NCBI GenBank assembly: GCA_002633005.1
Contig: NMRA01000430.1
Location: forward strand, 165,997-229,996
From: Phoronis australis
Taxonomy: Eukaryota; Animalia; Phoronida
DNA: 64,000 bases
Direction of reading: 5' to 3'
In this document: positions 27,001-38,901 of the stretch, piece after piece
How the letters are laid out: every line of letters starts with the position of its first letter
How positions within the stretch are numbered: the stretch's first letter is position 1
Notes under the pieces: generated by a model
The model's input: only the letters and a program-made list of their open reading frames with translations
The model's database searches: none
Told to the model about the DNA's origin: nothing
Made by a program: the position numbers and the translations under genes

Positions 27001-30000
27001 GCTACGAAAGCTGAATGCACTTTACAATTGTTAAAGGCGAAGGCAACCTATTTCACGTCATATTTAGCAAAAAGAAAGTTCGTTGATTATCCCAGACATA
27101 TTTTTCATTTAATTTGAGTTTTTTGTAATTTAAACAATTACTCGTCCTTCATTCCAGAAGTGACGTTTTGGGAGGCAAGTATTTCTCGCCAATTTTGTTT
27201 TCATATAGTCTGACTGAGAGTTGCCAAGTCAGTCATTGTTCTACCTCTGTTGTGATTAGTTCGGTCCTCGTTTGCTTTTGTTTACGAGTCAGTCAACATG
27301 CCACGCTGTTGTTGCGGACTGAGATGAACTCATTATCGTCTCACGGACANCATTTTGGGCATTATTATAAACAGCGGTCATTGTCCTTGTGAAAAAAGTT
27401 TCTCTATTAAATCATTAGTCGAATTTTAGCTGGGGGTTGAGCTTTCAATTTCACAAAAGTGCACATTTTCAAGAATGCAGTTAATGTTTTGTTTAAAAAG
27501 TGTCATGGCCGCCTTTAATTCAGAAATGAATGGGTATGCTTGACAATGTACAACCACACCAAGCGAGAGTTGTGAACGCATTCTGTCAGCAGTAATGTAT
27601 TATATGTGTAGTCTAGCCAGCTCGCAGCTTGAAAGATCTTGACGGTACACTTCTTGGTATACATCGGCACCTTATGGAACAATGGCAACGCCATCCTCTG
27701 GGAAAGGTTCAGATTTTGGTTCACAATATATATCTCCAATTTGTCTTATGCACTGCTGTAGCTGGTGGCCAAACGCGACAATTTTATTTAAAGAGGCCTA
27801 AGACGCAAAGAGCGTTGTTTTTCTGTCACTGAAATAGAATTGAACCGGTTCGCTAGGTACTTTAGCGGTTTGTGCGTAAAAATTTTGAATGTCTGTTGAT
27901 GTCAAATCATTTTTCTTTTAGTTTCAAATATCATAAAAACAATCTGTCAACTTACCTGTGACAAAGACAGTAGTGAGTTGTTACTTCAAACCATCTTTTA
28001 TCACTCAAGTCTGACGTCAGTGATGCATTACCAGGTGAATTGTTTGAAATCTCCATAAGATGGTTTAGTATTCCTTTAAAAACCTCGCACACTTGTATAA
28101 CGGAAATTGTAAATTGGGGGTGACAACCCTTATCTATTTGTTATTGCCCATTTTCTTACGAAAAGAGTGAATTTCCAAATATTTTCACTTTTTCGAAAAA
28201 TGGTTTATGTGTATAAACACAGATTGTCCACTTTTCCACTTTTTGATCATATATTTTTCACTGAGGAAATATTACCTTTTTTTGAGTTGGATCTAACATT
28301 CATCGGGGAGGAGAATCCATGATTTATGTCCATGTTACAAAATAGAAACAGTATTGCCTAACTGAAGCCACAAATTAAAAGACCTTCATCATGGCTGGTA
28401 AATAAAATATACATTAAAAGAAATTTTGAATATCGTATAGCATGGGGATGACTTTTGACCAGCAGACAAAATTGTTTAATTGTTTCAGGTACGGAAATGG
28501 ATGGAATTGACCTCAAGTTCTGGTCAACCCTCGTTGGTATGTTTGTACATGCACGGTAACAAACTAGTTTGGGAAGGTAAGGAATGGCTTGCCTTGGTCT
28601 CCTCGATGCAAATATGTTTTTCTCACATGACCTGGAATGTGTTACGACACGACTGGTTAATAATACCGAGTATGTAATTTTTGTGATATAACATGGGCGA
28701 ATCACTAAGAATTGCAAAGTAGAAATCCATATGCGGTACAGTTTATCATCTGCGAAACACTAGAACAACCAAATGCCCTCCAACCAAACAATGCCGGAAT
28801 TCCAAGAAAGTTACAAGGGTATGATTGACAAATCTGTACGTCCTCCACACAACTTCTTAAAGGGGCTCATCTTCGACCGCGAATTCCACATCCACGTTCA
28901 TTCAAATGGATACGAGCCCCAACTCAAAAATGCGGCAAGTCTGTCTAGCTGTGCCGTCTCAAGGGCAGTAGCCTTGCTGACTGTTATTTATAAACATTTT
29001 TCAAGTTTTAATATTGCAATTTCAAAGACTATTAGATTCTAACTTGACTATTTGCTACGAAAGCTGAATGCAATTTACAATTGTTAAAGGCGAAGACAAC
29101 CTTTTTTCACATCATTTTTAGCAAAAAAAGTTTGTTTATTATCACAGACATATTTTTCATTTAATTATATTTTTTGTCATTTAAACAATTACTCGTCCTT
29201 TGTTCCGGAAGTGGTGACATTTTGGGAGGCATGTATTTTGTGCCAATTTTTTTTCATATAGTCTGACTGAAAGTTGCCTAGTCAGTCATTGTTCTACCTC
29301 TGTTGTGATTAGTTCGGTCCTTGTTTGCTTTTGTTTACGAGTCAGTCAACATGCCACGCTGTTGCTGCAGACCGAGATGAACTCATTATCGTCTCACAGA
29401 CAGGAACAATTGTCCCACTTGCCTGAGTGTCTCACGACACACTCCCACTGGATGGTGACCTGAACCCACAAGCTGCTTACATCCCGCCGTGTGACTCCCT
29501 CGCTACACACCTGGCACCTTCTAAATACCTCCAATACTTAAGACAAGTCCTCATAAACTTATCAAAGTTTGGCTCACCGATCTATTCACTGGACGACGAA
29601 CTGTCCTCTTCACTGGGTGTCGAACGGGGCCTGTATACCCTCTACTAACATCGCAGCAGAGCTTCTTGGGCGATAATGAGTACATCCCGGTACGCAGCAA
29701 CACTGTGGCATGTTGACTGACTTGTAAACAAAAGCAAACAACAACCGAACTTGTCACAGCCGAGGTACTACGGGGATAACAATGACTGACTCGACAGCTT
29801 TCACAGTCACACTATATGAAAAGAAATTGGTGCGAAATTCTTGCCTCCCAAAACGTCACTTCTGGAGTAAAAGACGAATAATTAATTAAATTACGAAAAG
29901 CTGTAATTAAGTGAAAAATATGTCTGGGATAATCGAAGAACCTTATTTTTGCTAAAAATGACATGAAAAGAGGTTGCCATTCCCTTTAACCTTAAAATAT

Positions 30001-33000
30001 TACTTTTAAAAAAAATAATTGAATTTCTTTACGTCGAGTTTTTCTTAAAAAAATATCGTTTTTACGGTTCATGGGAGAAAACAAATCTTACACTCGTCTC
30101 AGATTTATGATAAGGGCAGAACCTTTCTGAAATTTCATCAAAATTCCTCGGCAAATTTCCAAGAGGTTTGCCCATGTCATTAACGTGAGACTGGTGTAAG
30201 ATTCGTGACATTTTACCCAGCGTGAGTGATAAAGTTGAAAGTGGGGATTTTGTTTTAAGCCAACTTAATGACGTCAATTTTCATCGATGAAATGGGAAAA
30301 GAGGCAAGCTTTTCAGTACTTTGACTCATGGAACTCAAGAGTTGGAAAACCTAGGGCCAACACTAATGAGTTAGCAGACGTCACTATGAAGTTCATGCAC
30401 CCAAAGTTGAGGTCTTCAGATCCAATGCGTAAACGTATTTACGTGTCCAAAATGTTATTTGACATGAGCTTTGCCTCTGATACACTTGATAAAAGTATGG
30501 AACATTGCAGGTGCAGACCACATGAAAGCATTCGTGGAAGATGAGATGGTCTTGACAAAGTTCCATGATGTAGCCTTGGCCAGGCCAGTGATTCGTAAGG
30601 GCACCAACCTATCCCTCAGTATTTGTAACCGACTAACGATTCAGCAAAAGATAAAATTTGAAACAAAACATAATATAGAGTGATAAATGAAATGATGCAA
30701 AAGCTATGATTGTTTTTGTTGTAACAGGTTCAAGTTACAAACTTTTTGCACCATTACTCTTCTAGGAAAGACTATCTCAAGATGTTACGTATAAAGTTTT
30801 GGATGAGCACGTCAGCGCAGCAGACACATTTAATTCGCCTTCCAAAATTCCTAATTGTCTCTATCCATTGTAACACAGTTACATGAAACAGGTTCCTGAC
30901 AGTCAATATTTTAATGTTCATCATTATATTTTTAAAAGGTGATACAGAAAAGTTTGTTGTATTATGAAATCTATTGTATCGCCATGCCATGTCTCTCAAA
31001 AAGCATTCACTTGTGTCTAGTTGATGTTAGCCTTCCTGATCTAAGTCAGATAGAGGAACAACAATCAAATTTCATGAACAATAGAACATATACTTTTTGC
31101 ACAGCTATGGATACAAGCAATAGAAACAATGAGGCCCAGAGTGTTCCCCAGTTAATCTCCCCACACAAGGCATCCACCAGCCAGCTGCGAAACCTTATTC
31201 CTAAGTGGGTGAATGCATCAGGTAAGCTTGTAGCAAACTTGAAAAACACTGATCAAACCATGGTCTCAGTTGCATTAAAATATGAGGTGATTTTCTTTTT
31301 TAAAGAAGTTATGGTCACTTATGTCTTAGACTTCATGCACTACTGAAATATGAGCATGTTGGTGTTATCTCACCTTCCTCTTACACGGTATTCCAAATTA
31401 ATGCCAATTTTGAATTTGTAGAAACAAGCCATAGGATTATAATTTTCATTAATTTACCCCCTGACCCGTGTCAAATATGGCTTCGGATTCATATTATATA
31501 CTGTGACATCAAGAGAGCTTGAATTGAGCTCACACTGAACTTTTTGTGATTCCGGGCGCTTCTGGACAGCATAAAATTTGATCTGCAGGTACAGGGAGGG
31601 CTTAGGGCTGTTCCAGTAAAATCCATGTGGTAGGGGGGGACGGCAGCAGAAATAAAAATTCATGGGTGGTGGTCTTCAGAAAAAAACTCAAATTATGGGT
31701 GGTCGTTCCTGTAAGAAGTAATGCATTAAAAATGGGTGGTATTTTTGACCTGTTAATGTTGACAGGTTGGTTACTTCAGCCCTCAAAATTCAAAAAATTC
31801 AATTGGCAAATATCCTAACTTACCCCAATACAAAAAAGCCCATATTACCAGTGAACAGAGTGCAATATGTTCACTAAGCCATTAATCAAGTCATGAGCAA
31901 CTTGATTTGAGCCAACTGTTAGTCTGCAGTCCTATTGAATTGAAAAGTTATGCAACACTAAACTGGTGTTAACACATATAAGAAAATTGATGATTTTTAA
32001 ATAAAAAGTATGAGTAGTAAGATAAACAAGTTCCAATATTCACTTGACATAGAAGTATAAAAGAGTTTGTGGAGACAGTTTGAGATTCATAGATCCTTAT
32101 AAGTGAAAAAATGTTCATTGAAATTATAGACACATGGTGAACAGAGACACCTGGTGGCAGCCAAAAGTATTGCTCACAGGCTACTTTAGTTTTTGACAAT
32201 ATTGGACAAGACAACTAGTTCTTGTCTGCCAATCATCTAAGTTCTTAACAGGTCCTCCTGGAGGCAATTTGTTTGCAAGTGTTGGATTTTATATTTTAAC
32301 CTATTAAAATAATTAAAAAATTATGGGTCATGGGTTGGAGAAATAAATGAAAAATAGGGGTGGTGGGTACGAAATAAAAGTGCCTTCCCCCCCTCCCATA
32401 CAGATTTTGCTGGAACAGCCCTTAGTGGCTCTATACAGCTGCTGACAGTTTTATCCAAATTTCTATGCAGAGACTCAACAAGTGAAAAATGCACCTACAA
32501 CTTTTGTCTCCTGTGTCTCAACAGCTTTGGATGATAAAACAGTTTTTGATACTTATTTTGATTTCTTACATCCTAATTAAATTCTCTCTGACAGAATTTT
32601 TTGTGACTCTGAGATCTTTTGAAGAGCATTAAACTACAATATCTGCAGCTGAGGCTCACGTGACTTGCAAATTTAACATCAATTATCATGTGGCAAAAGT
32701 TCTTTGTGAAAACAGCAATAATATAAATGTATCCCTTCATTTGCGTGGCTGTTCCAACAATTGAATGACAACCTGATGCAAAAAGTAGGCCACAAAAGGA
32801 CATTCCGAGTTCATTCTGCTTTAACAGATGTAGGCTGTTCACAGACACTTGAACAGTTCCGCATTCCTGCTATGCAAAATTCTTACTTGCAAATTGAAGA
32901 GGTATTTTGAAACAAATTTGGCTGAAGTCTCTTTGTTTGAAATGACCTTATGACATATCTTTTTATACCTGTTTACAGGAAGACGAAGCTTTTGGAATAA

Positions 33001-36000
33001 CATAGCCTGTAAGCCAACATGGTGGCCACAGGACATCTCCTTCCAGTCACCAAACCACTCCAGACCAGGTTTGCTATAACCAAGGACCTCAGCTCTCTAT
33101 CAAGCTAAATTCAGCTTAAAAGGATACTAATAAAATCTTGTTTTGATGGTTTCAACCAATCCTCGTTCTGTCACCTGCTAATGTATCATCAACCTTTCAA
33201 GTTAGTTTTCTAAAAGCTTAGGTCACACTTGCCTGTTTAGTAGACTTTGAGAGGAGTTTTGAAATTTCCTCCAAAGTTTTGAAAGTTACCTAGGGTTACA
33301 GACCAGTATTTTATTTCGGAAAACTGGATGGGAAAGGCACTTTTAGCATCTGCTCACAAGCTAAATCGGGTTTAGTATTCTTTTAAAAACAGAAATCTTT
33401 ACCAAAAAATGGTAGTAATACCAGGTGAACACTCTGACACGTGATTCAGTGGCAGAGAACAACTTTAAATAACGCAATTTAGTCTGTTCAGTTTTCATGT
33501 TCTATGCCACTTTTAGAGACACTTTTACATGGCTAAGCTAAAATATTGCCTAATTTGTGCTCGAATTCAAAATGATAATTTGTTACATGCAAACAATTGC
33601 AGGACAACGTAAGCTCACACGAGCAGAATTGATAAAAGTGGTTGAAGCATTCATGGAAGTCGGGGAAGACACAGGAGGTAAACCTTAATTCAGTCCAGTG
33701 AGACAATTCCTGTAGCACTAAGCTAATGAGACAAAAAATGATGGATGAATTAGACAAGTGCAATTTTTCGCACTGCAAAATGCACCCTTCTCCATTGTTC
33801 TCGCGCTTACTACTTCACGTTGCTTATTCGCCACTTGGCGGCACTAGTAAGTAGTGATAACAGCAACTTACGAGTCAGTGAACTCTCCTATTGTACTTCA
33901 CTCCTTGTTTGTAGCTTTATAATAAACAAAACAGTTGCTAAAACATACTTATTCTCGTGGATGTTCAGGGCTCGACGCTGTTAAAATCACCACGTCTCAT
34001 TTTGCGACCTAGCCAAAATCTCAGGTCGCATTTTCAAAATCCAGCTTGCCAGGTCGCAAAATTTTCCCGCCATTTTTACGCGCCAAAATTGACTTTAGAT
34101 CAGTGAGAAAATGTTTAGATTATGCTTATCTGCAGCGTTAAATATTCACAAATTGTTTGCATTGTTGACGATCGATTTGAAGATATATTCGACAGTGGTG
34201 GCTTATAGCATTTTGCTGTCATGTACAATTAGTCACATCTGGTTTAATTTGTTGATCAAGAATATTAACAGGAGTTTTTGGGCTTCGTGGAGGGAATTTC
34301 GGGGGATTTTTCAATATTTTTGAGAGGAGAATAGGGCCAATATCCGGTCCCAAAATCGAGGAATTGATGGCCCTGTCCTTTTTTGGGGAGAAAAATGCAT
34401 CATGTTTCAACCCGTAGTCATGAACACAGCATGGCTGGCCGAAGATTCTCCGGTCGTTGCTATGATGCTCGGCAACCGAGATGCGACAAAATAGGATCCA
34501 ACTTTTCGAAAACAGTTATAAATTTTACACGGCCATATTTTCCTTCGTCGTGGTGTATGGCAAGGACCCAATGTACGCTATCGAATCTCAAGGTCCTTAA
34601 GGATTGTAAAACGGACAGTTGAGTGTCCGTATTTTTTCTTGTTGTTTCGAGCACCGCATACAACCATTATGCCGATAAGCCAACGGAGCTATCGTAGCGA
34701 GCCTTGTTTTGGAACGTGCCTCCTGTCAGCGTGAATTAGGTCTATACCACTGGCATCCGGGTACTTAACAGAGCCACGGGCGGTATACTCTTTCATTTAG
34801 GACTGTCGCTGTTCTCTTATGATGTGCAGCTTTGAAGTGGTGCGCACGCGGGTGTTCACACACTTGAATCGCTGGAGTAGGCCTACACTTTACATTGGCA
34901 GTGACTTGTGAAAGACAAATCATATTTCACGCACGTAGACCCAGAAAAAAATAAAGGGGTTTGAGAATTTCTTGGAAAGTGAAAATAAAAATGTGGCGTG
35001 TAGGATTCCTATAGGGTGTTGGGCCAAAATCCAATTGGATTCCTATTGGATCCTATAGGATATCCTATAGGATTCCTCTAGAATTTCGTATGGGATCCTA
35101 TAGAATTTCTATAGGATCCTATAGAATTCCTATAGGATCCTATAGAATTCCTATAGGATCCTATAGAATTCCTATAGGATATTGGGCCAAAATCCAATTG
35201 GATCCTATAGGATTTTGTATAGGATTCCAACAGGATCCTATACGAAATACTGTAGGATCCTATAGGCTCCAATAGAAATCCTATAGGATCCTATTGGAAT
35301 CCTATAGGCTGGTGGGCCAAAATCCAATTGGATCCTATAGGATTTCCTATAGGAATCCAATAAGTAATCCTATAGGAATTTTTCGTAAGGGCAGGGAATC
35401 AATATTATTGTGAATATTTGGTTCATGTAACAAGGACATATGACGCGAAAAATAAACATATTTGTTTACCACAAAGTTTGGTAAGTTGATCGCTTAAAAA
35501 TAAGTAGAAACACCGCTGTTTTGTGATGTTTTATCATGTGTTATACAGTGGCCTGAAACTCTCTTCGGCAAATCCGGAGATTTGCAAAAGTGGCAGAAAA
35601 TGTTAGCCAATGAAACACGTCAAAGATCGATTCTGCATATCCCATGTTCACGTGACCTGCTTACAAGTCATCGGGAGGGTTGTTCTCGGTTAGTGTTCTT
35701 TTTAACTTGGATTTGGCAACAACCTATAACGGTCGGATTAAGAAAAGAGTTGCTTTATATTTACCAGGTATCTGCCGAGAAGTGTAAAAACTCAGCTCAC
35801 ATTCGTTGGAAATTCCAGGTTGCACTTTGCGACTTGACATGAGCTAACAAAAATCTCAGCTCGCGTTTCCAAATTTCAGGTCGCAGATGCAACCTGCAGC
35901 TCGTTATGTTGATCCCTGATGTTGATTGATCACAGGACACTGTTTTTCACAAAGAATATTTGGCCTGTCAAGGCAGACCACATACTGAATCGAAGCAAAA

Positions 36001-36137
36001 TGCTTCCTGAACTTATCAAATTTTACATAGTATTACGATTCATTCAGAAAAAAAAAAATTCTTTGAATTTTTTTATTTCAGACTCATCGCCTGCATTAGA
36101 AAATCAGGAAAATGCTGTCCAAGCCAGTTCACATTAA
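21012..36137 (+). CDS. Divergent NRF1/EWG/P3A2-type DNA-binding-domain protein, ~232 aa, 8 coding exons
   Basis: Exons 21012(CACCATG)-21035, 25156-25212, 30317-~30428, 30511-30594, 31021-31221, 32979-33068, 33603-33677, 36082-36137(TAA); all GT-AG with compatible phases. Translation: MNILSKRRKEKSRRQRIRHQWAQLRSKYFDSWNSRVGKP...ADHMKAFVEDEMVL...HKASTSQLRNLIPKWVNASGRRSFWNNIACKPTWWPQDISFQSPN...KLTRAELIKVVEAFME. This aligns by eye with NRF1 motifs recalled from memory (LRATLDEYTTRVG; KMTQAQLRAFIP; GWGKESCKPIWWPEDIPW). Too divergent to call the NRF1 orthologue. A possible non-coding first exon has its donor at 19304. Confidence 0.72.
21310..22040. repeat. Interspersed repeat with CAAGATGGCGG / GCCATTTTG motifs
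   Basis: CAAGATGGCGG occurs twice (~21423, ~21714) with TTTTCGAGTTATTTGA repeats; family not determined. Confidence 0.45.
22110..22445. repeat. Diverged ~160-bp tandem duplication with (CAT)n low complexity
   Basis: Two units, each starting TAGCC.ATTTCTTA and ending GTTAATTTCGCCAAGT.TCGCTC. Confidence 0.6.
24655..24967 (-). mobile_element. Kolobok-like MITE fragment, inverted relative of 33120-33382
   Basis: GGTGACAGAACGAGGATTG...CATCAAAACA...CCTTTTAA matches the reverse complement of 33116-33180. Confidence 0.55.
25320..29401. repeat. ~2-kb tandem copies joined by a single N at 27350 (likely uncollapsed haplotypes)
   Basis: 25320-27349 matches 27351-29401 with SNPs and small indels; the duplicated spurious ORFs at 26289 and 28358 reflect this. 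Confidence 0.85.
29088..29985. mobile_element. Kolobok-like non-autonomous transposon with ~300-bp TIRs and TTAA target duplication
   Basis: TTAA|AGGCGAAGACAACC ... GGTTGCCATTCCCT|TTAA; arm ~29088-29395 is inverted against ~29670-29985. A TTAA target with purine-purine termini is the Kolobok signature. Confidence 0.75.
31605..32421. mobile_element. PIF/Harbinger-like MITE with TTA target duplication
   Basis: TTA|GGGCTGTTCCAGTAAAATC ... GATTTTGCTGGAACAGCCC|TTA: 19-bp TIR with one mismatch and a 3-bp TWA TSD. Confidence 0.85.
33120..33382. mobile_element. Kolobok-like MITE (TTAA TSD)
   Basis: TTAA|AAGGATACTAA ... TTAGTATTCTT|TTAA. Confidence 0.65.
33966..35918. mobile_element. CAGGG-terminated non-autonomous element with TGCGACC subterminal repeats and nested inserts
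   Basis: Left end CAGGGCTCGAC; right end reverse-complements to CAGGGATCAAC; ATGTT flanks both sides. A related inverted copy lies at ~24975-25110. Confidence 0.55.
35000..35391. repeat. Array of palindromic CCTATAGG/GGATCC units (core 21-mer ATAGGATCCTATAGAATTCCT), ending ...TTTTCGTAAGGG
   Basis: Directly visible; GGGCCAAAATCCAATTGGAT is interspersed three times. Confidence 0.8.
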
Positions 36138-38901
36138 CCTTATCGTGGACGTTCTGTATCCTGAGGTGCGAAATAATGAACAATAAACAACTACACCATT
36201 CCTTGGTAATTTTTGTGCATCTGAATTGTTTTGTGCTATGAAGTTATTGAACATGGACAGCTCAGTACACGTTTGTTGTTTTTGCAATTTATCTATACCT
36301 TCCTGGTATTAATGATTGTAATCTAACCTCAACAGCATAAAACAAATTGATTTTGAGTGGCTTTGACACCTGTGAGAGGCACCTCAAGGCCCATTTGTGA
36401 GACTGCATGCACCTATGCATAAATTATATCAATGGCAATAATTTTGTATTGAAGTAATGTTGCATATTTTTTAGGTGTTGATAGCTATGATGCATCAAGA
36501 AGGTCATTCCGGCACTTTGGCAGAGGTTGCAATCACAGGAGCACCACCCCTTACACCAGATACCTCATCAACAATGCCTGTGTTGTCATAGACAAACGAA
36601 TTAGCCAATGACTTGTCATTATATAAGAAACAGGTGTCAGTTGTGATCGTGGAACAAAGAAACTCAAGGGCATCTGGTTGTTGTAATAAAAAAGTATGCA
36701 AGTTCTGTGCTCTATCAGTTTAATATATGTACATATGTGTAGAGCAAGTAATGTGTTATTTGTACATATTATGTTTCTGTTAACACAAACCATAATACCA
36801 AATGGAGTGCCAGCTTGTCCAACTCAAGTGGGCTTCCTGCTTGGGCCACCTTGTAGCTTCTGGTTAGTTTTCAATCAATCTGCAGGATGTCTATAGCCAG
36901 TGTATGACATATTTGAAAGGTCAACTTCATCTGAGTGTTCCGTTGTTGACTGGAGATAATCGCACGCACCCACGCACACACACACGTCATTTGGTTGCAT
37001 TTTTGTGTTACATATCAGGCAGTATAGTTCATGATCTAATTCATTTGAAAGCAATTTAAAGTACTATGGTATTTCAAGTAGACACTGGTTAGCGCTAATT
37101 TGATTTAACTAACGGGAAGCTAGGACTCCTGCAAGCATGTATTTCATATGCGTATCTTGTAAGAGAAATAGGGACAGCAGCATTGACTCTGACGCTTACT
37201 GAGAACCTGGCGGTCCATCTTCTGTAGTCTATTATGTTAGGAAGGCTGGCTAGGCCTAAGTTTTGGAAATAAAACGCAATTCTTGCATACCGGTAGTCAA
37301 TGTGTTACAAGTAATGTCAAATATTTTCAATATTACAAGATATCCATTGAATGCAAGGCATCCAACTGATTAAGGCAGACAAAAATATGATTTGTTGTTT
37401 TCTAAAGAAACAGCACCAAAAGGCGGATGCCCTGATTTTGATGCATTGTTGTACAAGGATTTCAAATAAAATGACTCAAGTACAAAACAGAACTAAGTAT
37501 AGTTGTACTAAAAATTTCGTTTTTATCAACTTTTCAAAATGTCTTTGCATTCTCACTGATATCACATGGAGAAAAAAAGCTCATCACCCTAAACTGTGAT
37601 TAGCATTATCCCATGGCTGACGTATCAGTTGTAACATGATTGACTAGATTTTAAATAAGGTGAATTCGGAAAGAGGGCCACACACAAAAAGGTATTTCTA
37701 TGTAATGTTGTTTATCGGCATTCCGACTTGCTGCACAATGGGCGTTTGTGCAGAACTGAGCTTTTTTGCGTCTGTATGCAAACAACTGGGATTCAGTTGA
37801 ACATTATCTTGAAAAACTGAAAACGTTTGTAAAGGTCAAGTCGAACACTACAAGAAGTCTTATACAAATGTTCATGAGTTGTATTTGTTCAGAAAACATT
37901 GTGCTCTTGAAAAGAGATTCATACAGGAAGTTAAACAGGTGTGCCTTTATGCGAAGTACACCATGGGCTGTACAGGGGACAACACCTCGGTGCTTATGGG
38001 CACATGAGCCTATATGCGAACCACTTGGGTAAAAAAAGGTCACAAAAGGCGCTACTTCGAGTACAGGCCCTCAGGCCTAATGGCACTGCAATACAATAAC
38101 TAGCAAGAGAAACATTTGATTACATGGTTAAGAATAAATTTTCATGTTTTGACCATTTCTATTGCTTAATTATCTCCACTTACAGCTCCGTTAGAGGAAT
38201 GATGGGTAATGGCCATGGGTTTTGGATTCATGTCAGAAGCTGCAATGATGGTGTACAAACAAGTGAAACAGCTCACTCAATGCCCGGCTTGTGATTGGTG
38301 CTTGTGATCTGTCGTAAATTGCGACTCAATAATATGACAACTGTCATCTGAAGAGATCAAACAGATTATAAAAGTCCTCAAGCAAGTGTCAAAATATTCA
38401 AACCAATTTCATAATTCCAAAAATAACTTATTTCAAAACCCATCGATACTTTTTGCCAGCGTATGCAACCGTAGGCTTTCGTTTTTTTCAATCGCTAATG
38501 TTTTCTGATTCCTGTAATGTCCCTGGAGTATAAAAGAATTATCAAGGGCAATTCCATTTGTGACGGAAGTACAACCAGAACACATTTTGATCAATTGTGA
38601 AAAAAATGTTCATCCTCGGAAAATAAGACATCAATTGTTAGGTCTCATTGAGTGCTTTCAAATCATATATCAAGTTTTCTATCTTTTTACCTGACTGAGA
38701 AAAATACCTTTAAAGGGAAGTGACAGACGTATGCAGAGAATTTGAATTTTTGAAAAAAATGAACATTAATTTGTTGTGAGTTGCATTTAGTTACAATTTT
38801 TGTTTTATATGACGATTTAGTGGAATGTTTGCAAAGTAGAATTTTTTGAAGATATTTGCTAAGATACGATGTAAAACTACGGTCTCTCATGTGATGTAAT
38901 T

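Noticed and set aside
26289-28717. Two nearly identical 119-aa ORFs suggesting a gene pair
   Set aside because: They arise from the single-N duplication, have no recognisable motif and start at non-ATG codons.
35078-35275. SYRIPIG/SYRNSIG repeat ORFs
   Set aside because: By-product of a 21-bp palindromic repeat.
21012-36137. Calling this gene the NRF1 orthologue
   Set aside because: True NRF1/P3A2/EWG DNA-binding domains are highly conserved across animals; this one keeps only the motif skeleton and lacks the flanking domains.
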